From positions 2,728,001-2,792,000 of the forward strand of contig OX597814.1 of the NCBI GenBank assembly GCA_951406725.2: a stretch of DNA of 64,000 nucleotides, given 5' to 3'. The translations under genes and the position numbers were made by a program. This DNA is from Octopus vulgaris. Lineage: Eukaryota. The notes under the pieces are model-generated. The model was not told the DNA's origin, ran no database searches, and saw nothing but the letters and a program-made list of their open reading frames with translations. Each line of letters begins with the position of its first letter. The first letter of the stretch is position 1. Positions 26,996-36,996 of this stretch are shown in pieces.

Positions 26996-28031
26996 ACATC
27001 ATAAAACTTGCAATAAACACCCATTTTTTCCTTCACTATCAGATAATAACCTCCGCTCCCCCGTTACCATTTCTGGAATTCTTTTGCTGTCCAAGTTTTT
27101 TTTTTCTTTTTCTTCTCACCAGATTTCAGAAAATTCAACCATCTTTGACCCTTTCCAAACTCTTTGGACTTAGGAATTGTGACTTCTTTTGTTTTTGCTG
27201 TAAATATTGTCACTGCTGCTGCTGCTGTTGTTGTTGTTTAGCCACGAGTCAACCCTGATCAAGCAGTCCTATGATTTAATGGATTCCAAACAGAATTGTA
27301 CCATTTTTATCAAATGTTGTGGAATTCTTTCAATATCTTCTGTGATTAGTGTTCTTCTCTTAAAAGATGGTCGTTGCCCTTTTTCATCGTTGCTCGACGA
27401 TATTGAAGGGACAGTAACTTGACCACATCTGCTGCGCCTGGGCTGTTTCCGGAAGCAAGTGTTTAACCCTTGGTACACTCACCACCTCTCCACTCATGGA
27501 CGCCACGAAATAAACACAAGTCAGTAAGTTTGGAGTATCCATGGAACAGCTTAAGATGCGAGACACTGGTTGAGTATAACCGTACATATTTTCTCTCTGG
27601 ATATTTTGTACAGATTTACTCTATTAGCCTTTTTAAAAGTTCAAGAAATTAACCCCACAAGGCAGCAAGGATTTTATTATATTGTGCCTGGTTCGTGCCG
27701 AGCCAATTCCATTCTCACATCCTTCAACTTTGTATTCGTTTGGTGCAACAAATGCCACAAGCCCAATAGCTATCAGTACGTAGGATTTGTATGGAGTTAT
27801 CTTCTCTTAGATGAGCAGCTAAAGAGCTGAAGGGCCACATCTACCCTGGGCCTGTTGGGGTGTCTAAGAATGACCTTCATATAGAGGAAATTGTGTGACG
27901 TGCTAATTAACAGGTAGATGTAGTTTAACAGGTGTTACTATTCCGGGTCAGAATATCCCGGGAAACAATAGCGACTACGAGGTAATTCCGCATTCTTCAA
28001 AACCCTGCAACCTCCGAACCATCGAACCCTA

Positions 28032-28401
28032 CTCTCTTTCTCTCTTTTACTTGTTTCAGATCGACCCCGGGACTTATTCTTTGTAAGCCCAGTACTTATT
28101 CTATCAGTCTCTTTTGCCGAACCGCTAAGTGACGGGGACATAAACACACGAGCATCGGTTGTCAAGCAATGCTAGGGGGACAAACACAGACACACAAACA
28201 TATACACACACTTAATATATAAATATACATATATACGACAGGCTTCTTTCAGTTTCCGTCTACCAAATCCACTCACAAGGCATTGTTCGGCCGGGGTCTA
28301 TAGCATAAGACAGTTGTCCAAGGTGCCACGCAGTGGGACTGAACCGGGAACCATGTGGCTGCTGGTAAGCAAGCTACTTACCACACAGCCACTCCTGCGC
28401 C
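28032..28401 (-). mobile_element. Dominant bipartite SINE with tail deletion
   Basis: Reverse complement match. Confidence 0.9.
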
Positions 28402-28679
28402 TACTGGTGGTTATAATCGAAAGTCTTACTCATGACTAAAGACAGCAGCATGATTAAAGAGACATTTGGTTGTTATGTCTAGCGCGTCAAGGGACCACAT
28501 AGAGGTTCCTCGACCGGGTTGGATGCATTGCTTTCTCCATTTCTAAATAACTAAAACGAATTCTAGAACGAATTACCGTCAGCGCCGTTGCCATCTGCAA
28601 CAACACCTCCAACACAATGACCTGTACCGCCAACACCACGCTACTACGGCCAATACTGCTAGCACCGCCATCACAAGGA

Positions 28680-28864
28680 CTACCACCACCACCACCACTA
28701 CCACCGCCACCACCAACAACAACAACACCACAGTACCACTACCACTACCACCACTATCATCATCATCATCAACGCTACCACCACCGCCGCCGCCATCATC
28801 ACCGTTACCATCATTATCATGACCCATCCTCCTCCTCCTCCTCCTCCTCCTCCTCCTCCTCCTC

Positions 28865-28907
<43 letters not shown>
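28680..28907. repeat. Compound trinucleotide array (CCA/CAA/CAT/CCT/CTA)
   Basis: Direct reading. Confidence 0.9.
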
Positions 28908-29028
28908 GGAACTAATTTAATTTGAACTCAACAAGCTTCTGTAGATAACAACATTGGATGTGTATATGCATTGCTCTATATGTGTGTATGTGTGTGTGTG
29001 TCTGTGCGTATGTGAATGTGCATGTGAA

Positions 29029-29091
<63 letters not shown>

Positions 29092-30491
29092 GCCCGTTGT
29101 TGTTACCTCTTCAGCTGCTGCTTCTGTTCCTCTCCAACCGTCGCTTCGGCTGCTCCGCTCCGTCCGTCCTCTACGCCATCCACGCCACGGCAGACATGTT
29201 GGCACCACGACGCCACTAAAAGACTCCGATTTACAACAATTCCTTCATTCATCGACACACTGACAGACTTTCGAAAGCCGAAAGAAAACATCATCGGCTT
29301 AGATAGACGTAGACATAAACATGCGTGTGTGTGTGTGTGAGAGAGTGTGTGTGTGCATTCGTGTGTGTGTGTGTGTATGTGTGTGTGTGTGTGTCTTATA
29401 TGTAAGGACATTACGCGCCCATGTATATCTATGTGTATCATGAACATATTGGCTGTATGTATATGTTTGTGTGTATGTATGTATGTATGTGTGTGTATGT
29501 ATATGTATATGTATGTGTGTGTATGTATGCGTGTATGTATCAGAGTGTATGTATGTATGTACGTGTGCGTGTGTAAAGTGTATGTATATATGCATGTGTG
29601 TATGCATGTATCTATGTATGTGTGTATGTATGCAGGTGTGTATGCATGCATGTATATATTTGTGTGTATGAACATTTGTGTGCATGTATGTACGTGTGAA
29701 TTTGTGTGTGTACGTATGTATGTATGTATGTATGTGTGTATGAATGTGTGTGTATGTATGTATGTATGCATGTATGTGTGTATGTATGTGTGCATTTATG
29801 TCCGTGTGTATGAATGTATGTATGCATGTATGTATATACGTATGTATGTATGTATGTATGCATGTCCGTGTGTATGAATGTATGTATGCATGTATGTATA
29901 TACGTATATATGTATGTATGTATGTCCGTGTGTATGAATGTATGTATGCATGTATGTGTGTGTGTATTTCTTTGAGGTTTCCTTCGCCGACTTCACGCTG
30001 GTCAGTAGTAACACAGTAACAAGGCCCGTTTGTTAGACTCAGTGCAGTGCCAGGGCTTCTTCAATACGCCATTCACTTTCATATGGGCCCCTATCTTGCT
30101 GTATGTCTGCAGACGCACGTACTTCGCGAGTTTCTCAATGAAAAAAACCTTTATATATATATATATGTGTGTGTGTGTATGTGTGTGTGTATGTGTGTGT
30201 GTGTGTGTGCGTGCGTGTGTGTGTGTGTCCGAGTGAGTGAGTGCGCGCGCGGCGGGTATTCTCTCTTTTACTGCTTTACTTGTTTCAGTCATTTGACTGC
30301 GGCCATGCTGGAGCACCGCCTTTATAGTCGAGCAAACCGACCCCAGCGCTTATTCTTTGTAAACCTAGTACTTATTCTATCGGTCTCTTTTGCTGAACAG
30401 CTAAGTTACGAGGACGTAAACACACCAGCATCGGTTGTCAAGCGAAGCTGGGGCGGACAGACACACAAATTTATACACATACATACATACA

Positions 30492-30542
<51 letters not shown>

Positions 30543-30548
<6 letters not shown>

Positions 30549-30763
30549 TATATAGAAGGAGTTTACAGGACTAGTACTGTTTCATTCAAGAGAAATCTTC
30601 AGGAAGCTATTTAACAATTCTTGTTAAATAGCTTCCTGAAGATTTCTCTTGAATGAAACAGTACTAGTCCTGTAGAAGCTCCTTCTATATAATAAATTAA
30701 TTTTACTCTGCTATGTATTGAGTACCTTACTTACTGTGGTTAACCCCGAATCAACCCGGGACC

Positions 30764-30766
<3 letters not shown>
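30543..30766. mobile_element. Palindromic hammerhead-bearing mini-element
   Basis: ~75-bp near-perfect inverted arms (30543-30697) with a 3-nt TTC centre. Confidence 0.8.
30630..30680 (+). ncRNA. Type I hammerhead ribozyme motif, intact core
   Basis: AGCTTC-CTGAAGA-T-TTC tctt GAA-T-GAAA-CAG tactagtc CTG-TA^-GAAGCT. Confidence 0.75.
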
Positions 30767-30815
<49 letters not shown>

Positions 30816-30817
30816 TA

Positions 30818-31009
30818 CCGGAGTAAACACATAAATGTGAAACAAGGTGGAAAAAAGAGTACTCAAATACCAGTGGTAGAGTAATATGCTTTATTTTAAG
30901 CAGCAGAAAATTCAACAAAATCTGTTACTCTAGCAAAAACTGTCTGATGAACGGCAACGAGAAACTCAGAGTAACAGATTTTGTTGAATTTTCTGCTGCT
31001 TAAAATAAA

Positions 31010-31015
<6 letters not shown>
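30818..31015. mobile_element. Fold-back hammerhead-bearing mini-element
   Basis: ~48-bp inverted arms 30884-30931 / 30968-31015; relative at 58905-59045. Confidence 0.75.
30940..30977 (+). ncRNA. Minimal type I hammerhead motif, intact core
   Basis: CTGT-CTGATGA-A-CG gcaa CG-A-GAAA-CTC a GAG-TA^-ACAG. Confidence 0.65.
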
Positions 31016-31052
<37 letters not shown>

Positions 31053-31732
31053 CATAACAGAACAAGATGTACGTTACGCGCAATAATATATGTATAAAAA
31101 TATATATATATAAATACAAAATGGGACAAGAACGCAAAACACTCAAAGAGACGACACAAAAAACGGACGGGTCATTCGAAGCCTCTAATCTTCAGTCAAG
31201 AACCGGATCATCCTCGCAATTTCGGCTGAGTATATATATATATATGTATATACGTATATACGACGGGCTTCTTTCAGTTTCCGTCTACCAAATCCACTCA
31301 CAAGGCTTTGGTCGACCCGAGGTTATAGTAGAAGACATTTGCCCAAGATGCCACGCAGTGGGACTGAACCCGGAACCATGTGGTTCGTAAGCAAGCTACT
31401 TACCACACAGCCACTCATGCACCTATAATTTTGCCCACCATTATATTCTGATTTCAAATTCCACCGAGGTTGACTTGAATTCTCATCCTTTCGGAGCCCC
31501 TAAAGTAGGTACCTGTTAAATACTGGTGTCGGTGTAATCGACTTTGCCCCTCTTCCGAAATTGCTTGCCTTGTACCAAAATGTGAAATCAATATTTTAAA
31601 GATCTTCACATTACAACCCGCTTATTGGATTCGGAAGACATAAAACAACGTGTTTATTTAATTATTGCGAAAGTCCCGTATATCTCGGCCTTTAGGTCAA
31701 TTTGTTACTACGAAGCCCAGATCAAACATGGT

Positions 31733-32030
31733 TTGTTCCTTCTTGAGCCACGCCTGGCTCATAAGGGCCGGTTTCCCGGTTTCCTTGGCGTATAAGTTCC
31801 CCACCTGGACGGAACGCCGGTCCGTCGCAGGTGAGCTGCAAGATGCAGGAGGAAAGAGTGAGAGAAGGTTGTGGCAAAAGTGTCAGCAGAAGTTCGCCAT
31901 TAACTTCTGCCGGAGCCGCGTGGAGCTTAGGTGTTTCTCTCATAAACACACACATCGCCCGGTCTGAGATTCGAACCCGCGATTCTTCGACCGCAAGTCC
32001 GCTACTCTAACCACTGGGCCATGTACCTCC
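31733..32030 (-). mobile_element. SINE, head A variant with V-domain-like tail (Z)
   Basis: Minus strand GGAGGTACATGGCCCAGTGG..GGGTTCGAATCTC..CCTGCGACGGACCGGCGTTCCGTCCAGG..GGAAACCGGGAAACCGGCCC. Confidence 0.8.
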
Positions 32031-32067
32031 ACAGATCAAACATGGTGATAAATACAAATGAGAATCG

Positions 32068-32535
32068 CTAGCGTGGACAGAAGAGCTGCACTTTTCTCGT
32101 TCGTTCACCAGACATGACCACTTTAAGAACAACGTTACACGTCTCATTCCCATTCACTGGACAGCTGATATCTACAACATTGCCTGGTTTTGACCCTCCA
32201 TCGCTTACAATATTGTTTGTTGTTTTTGCACCGGATTGCTGTTTTTGATTGTTTTTCATCGAAATATTCCGACAGTATTCCTTATTTTGAAACATGTGGC
32301 TATATGTGTTTGAGATAGGATTTGCACTCTGACCTCGTAAAATCCTTACCAGCAATGACTAGCGGAACTGATCCATGGATTTTTGCCTGAGTGGTGCAAA
32401 GATATCATCCACCGGATTAATAAGGAATCACCAACAAATGGTGGATGCAGCAACGTGCATCCCTCCCCCATATAACCGCTAATGCTACATGGTCGGATTC
32501 TGTGGGGCCTCTTGTAAAAGCGTCAGCATAATGCT
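32068..32535 (-). pseudogene. Possible decayed C-terminal fragment of a restriction-like-endonuclease LINE (R4/Dong/NeSL-like)
   Basis: NNIVSDGGSKPGNVVDISCPVNGN resembles RPDIVV.DK....IIDV.CP.D.N; upstream DIFAPLRQKSMDQ resembles CP.LAP.EYK.RHDQ. Confidence 0.35.
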
Positions 32536-32639
32536 TTCTATGGAGTTATAAATAGTGCTTATATGTATGCATGTATGTATTTAAGTATGTATGTATGTAT
32601 GTGTATGTATATATATATATATATATATATACATATATA

Positions 32640-32918
32640 CAGTGGTGGACTGGATCTAACAATATTGGTTGCCAGGAGACTAAGGGGGCCCACACGCAAC
32701 TACAATACTGAAATTTTCTTTTTTTTGTTTTTGTTAAAAGTATTCTTTTCAACTGTCTAAAAACACAGCCGGGCTGAAATAATGCGTGCTTCCAGAAGTG
32801 AATAAAAAATGCTCACACTTGAGGGACTGGCCCCTTAGATACTAACATGGGCCGCCATATATGGCGCAGGCGCCCACGTGCCATCGGACAAGCTGACAAC
32901 CTGGCCAGTCCGCCACTG
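32640..32918. mobile_element. hAT-type MITE
   Basis: TIRs CAGTGGTGGACTGG / CCAGTCCGCCACTG; 8-bp flanks CATATATA/CATACATA. Confidence 0.85.
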
Positions 32919-33544
32919 CATACATACATACATAAAAAAAAGAAATAAGTGGAAATTTCACCGGTGAGTGTGTTAAATAATAAGGCACTTAAAGAGAATG
33001 ACTCTCCCCAGACACAACAGAATATGCTTCAACACACGAACTCATATAAAGAATCTTGCAAACCAAATATCAAAACGAAATATATATATATATACGTATA
33101 TATATTTGTGTGTGTGTGTGTGTGTGTGAGTGTGTGTGTACACATATCTATATGATCTCTCGCTGCCCCCATCAGTATATATATATATATATATGTCTAT
33201 CCGAAATAGTCATGACAACTGGTACTTGACCGATGAAAGAAAGCCAACAATGTCCCGTCTTTTTTTTTCCAGTCCTTCTAATTGTTGTTTCTCTTGTCCG
33301 CCTTTGTATCGTCTATCCGTCCGAAAGTTTTAATACCCTCTATTGTGTTTTTGTTCCATTTACATATATATATATATATATATATATTCCTTTTCGTTTA
33401 TTCCTTTATTTGTTTGAGTCACTTGAATGTGGCCATGCTGGAGCACCGCCCTTAATCAACAAATCAACCCACTCCTGTTACCATGATGCTAAATTCTTCC
33501 TACAAAATTAAGAGACTGAAAGTCCACTCACACCTACACATAGA

Positions 33545-33833
33545 AACAGCGAACACCACACATACTATACATACTACACATACACATACATATGTACACG
33601 CACACCCACGCGCACGCATGCACAGGAATGCACACATAACTAACACACAACTCCACAGATATGCACATACACACACACACACGCAAACATACAGGCACAC
33701 ACGTACACACAACTACACGCACATTCACACACACACACACGTACACACAACTACACGCACATTCACACACACAAACAGGCACGTGCATACACGCACAAGA
33801 ACACACATATACCTCCACACACATATACACACG

Positions 33834-33864
<31 letters not shown>

Positions 33865-34345
33865 GCATACATACACACACGCGCGCGCACACACGCATAC
33901 ATACACACACGCGCGCGCACACACGCATACATACACACGCACCACACACACAACCCCACGTACATAAACATATACACACGCACATATACACACACACATG
34001 CACACACACACGCATATATACACGCACACACATACACATGCACATGAACGCACAGATACCTCACACACACACAACGCACATTCATACATACACGCACACA
34101 ATTATTCATACATGGGCATACACACACGCACATACATGCACACATACAAACACGCACACACACACACAGGAACGCACATATAAATCCGCACACACAACCC
34201 CACACACAACTCCACGCGCACACACAGATATAAACACACGCACATACATACCCATACACACACACACACTCACACACAATCACACACATGCTATTACACA
34301 CACACAAAAACTTGCGCGCACGCACATTCCCACACATACACACAC
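33545..34345. repeat. Degenerate (CA)n low-complexity tract
   Basis: Direct reading. Confidence 0.9.
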
Positions 34346-34494
34346 TTACCTCCCCCTCTTACACTCTCCTGTCTTGGAAAGAACCTTTTCTTCACCCATT
34401 CCCTTCCAGTCATTTCAAAATATAATTACATGTAAATGAATGGCGATTTTTTCCACTCCATCTTTCTTCTCTCTTGGACTTTCCTCTGTCTCCT

Positions 34495-34530
34495 GTTTCT
34501 GAAGAAGAGCGTTTGCTCGAAACGTCAAAC
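34495..34530 (+). ncRNA. Minimal type I hammerhead motif, intact core, loopless stem III
   Basis: GTTT-CTGAAGA-A-GAGC gttt GCTC-GAAA-CG-TC^-AAAC; within a mini-element ~34345-34645. Confidence 0.75.
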
Positions 34531-34670
34531 CACCTTTCTTTCCTTCCCTGAGCGTCTGCTAATACTTTACATGTACCACGTCCTTGCCTAGTTGGGTTTT
34601 TTGTGTTTGTTCATCGATTTTTTGGGAGGTGGGATTTACTATATATATGTGTGTGTATATATATATGTGT

Positions 34671-34982
34671 GGAGGCGCAATGGCCCAGTGGTTAGGACAG
34701 CGGACTCGCGATCGTAGGATCACGGTTTCGATTCCCAGACCGGGCGTTGTGAGTGTTTATTGAGCGAAAACACCTAAAGCTCCACGAGGCTCCGGCAGAG
34801 GGTGGTGGTGATCCCTACTGTACTCTTTCGCCACAACTTTCTCTCGCTCTTTCTTCTCTTGGCCTGCTCGCTTAGCCAGCGGAGTGGCGTCATTTGAAGG
34901 CTAAAAAAACAATGCGAAGCGCATTGTGACCAGCGATGTGTAGCAACATCTGATAGCCTGGTCGGTCACGGTGATCACGGTG

Positions 34983-34983
<1 letters not shown>
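34671..34983 (+). mobile_element. SINE, head A + tail Y
   Basis: Head as at 962; tail GCATTGTGACCAGCGATGTG..GGTCGGTCACGGTGATCACGGTGA. Confidence 0.88.
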
Positions 34984-35014
<31 letters not shown>

Positions 35015-35914
35015 GTATGTATATATATGTATACATACGTTTTTACCACTTTAATAATTAGATGTCACCGTTGCGCTGACTGTTGGGCTGGTAGCTGTGG
35101 ACAGTCTTTTCTTTAATTTAATTTTTTATTTCGTTTGGTGGTGTTATCCTAGATTCACCGTCTTTGTCGGTGATCAATTCGAAATAGGTTTGTATTTCTT
35201 CTATTTTAACTTAATGAGTTCGCGCCCGCCGACGGCTGCAGAGAAATTCAGTTTTGGACTTTCTTCTATCGAAGGCATTATAACAAAAATGCTTCCGTAT
35301 AAACGGTGAAAATATTGTCAATTTCCCCAAACAAGGACACAATTCAATTTTTAAACAATAACCAAAGATTCTTCTCCCAAAGGGTGAGGGTTACAGATTA
35401 CAATTATTTAACAAATGCAACACAACAACATTTCTCTTACGAGGAACCAACAAACGTGATAACAATAGTGAAACAGTAATAATAATAACAACAAACCTTA
35501 CGGTGAATCAAAAAGCAGTACGCAGTTGAAGCTAAAGTCCTTTATGTATAAGAAATAAAACAACAGCAGTACTCAGTAGAAGCGGCTGTTCGAGAAAACA
35601 GACATTACATACAGCCAAACTTCATATAGATACTTAATGCTAGCTAATTAGCAGATAATCTAATGTAAAAGCCGTGGTAAACGGTATGTGCACAGCTCCA
35701 TTTGGGCTATTCCATTTCTGCACACTAATTTTATATTTAATTTATTCCCATTCATGTGAAAGCACTTATTCAAGTTCAAGTCATTGATGCAATTTTATAC
35801 CAATTGCTATATTTACTTTTGTTATGTTACGATTATATTATACTTTAGTTTGATTTTAATTATTACTTACTACATATAATTCAATTGTTATTATTATCTC
35901 TAATTTTTATTGTT

Positions 35915-36174
35915 AAAGTGAAAGTATCTGACATAAAATAGAGAAATGTTTTTGTTTCACTTTTAACACGTAATACTGAAATAGTGGAGAAGATATGATA
36001 TTGCTATGGGCTCGCCCTAGGCAAGAAGTTGAAGATTTTTTTGCCCATGAAACTACATGAACCCTAAGTAAGGCATGTGTAAAATTTGAATGAAATTGGT
36101 TGTGTAGTTCTCAAGTTTTAGGGAAACACACAGACAGACAGACACACATTCTCAGTTTTATATATATATAAAGA
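35915..36174 (-). mobile_element. Helitron-like 5' fragment
   Basis: Minus strand A^TCTTTATATATATATAAAACTGAGAATGTGTGTCTGTCTG; 3' end not found. Confidence 0.55.
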
Positions 36175-36211
36175 TATATGTATATATGTATGTAGGTATA
36201 TATATATATAT

Positions 36212-36618
36212 AAATCCTTAAATCGTTAAAAATGTTTCAACCCGAAAGCTGCGGCCATGCTGGGGCACCACCGTTGAATGAGCTACACTAGTATGTGAAA
36301 CTACCTCTGATACGTAGCACTTGGTCAGCAAGGGATTTCGACGCCGCTACCCGCATCTGTGTTTCCTGTCGAGAGGTAGGTTCATGTGGAACCCCTGACA
36401 AGAAGAGGTCCAGTTTAGTTTTAAAGAAACCCACATCCACACCATGCAGGTTTCTCAGACATGTAGGAAGGATTTTGAAGAGCTGTTGTCCCCTGAAACC
36501 CAAGCTGCTGCAGTATCTGGTCCTGTATTTTGATGGTGATGTTGGGATCTTTGGCACCATGCAGTGGCACTCCGTTCTGCGGCTGGGGTAACTTTCAATG
36601 CCAAAATTCGGGACAATA
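36212..36618 (-). pseudogene. 3' end of a CR1/L2-group LINE (ORF2 C-terminus plus 3' UTR)
   Basis: IVPNFGI..SLGFRGQQLFKILPTCLRNLHGVDVGFFKTKLDLFLSGVPHEP..AASKSLADQ matches the typical ORF2 end; 3' UTR GGTGGTGCCCCAGCATGGCCGCAG. Confidence 0.8.
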
Positions 36619-36874
36619 CAGTAGCTGCACGACATCGTGAAGTATATTTGCCACTTAAATGTCTCTAAACTTTAAGGGTGGATGCTACTGTGATTTTCAC
36701 ACGTGTGTATCATACAGGTTGAAGATGGGAAGGATGGCTTCCCTTTGCAAATACTGATAGGGCACAGAAAGAGTGTCAATAGCCAGCTGGAGGTGGTTTC
36801 CTCCTGGGGCTACAAGCTACAGTAGCATTCACCCTTAAGGGTTAGCCACATTTAAGTGGCAAATATATTTCACG

Positions 36875-36905
<31 letters not shown>

Positions 36906-36943
36906 TACACACACACACACTCACACACACACACACATATATT

Positions 36944-36996
<53 letters not shown>

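Larger units (their letters stand above)
30259..31423 (-). mobile_element. Dominant SINE split by nested insertions in its internal (TA)n
   Basis: 3' half at 30259-30475 and 5' half at 31257-31423, correct order and orientation. Confidence 0.8.

Noticed and set aside
27300-28030. Complex unique-looking stretch, possibly an old LINE/SINE relic
   Set aside because: No motif could be assigned with confidence
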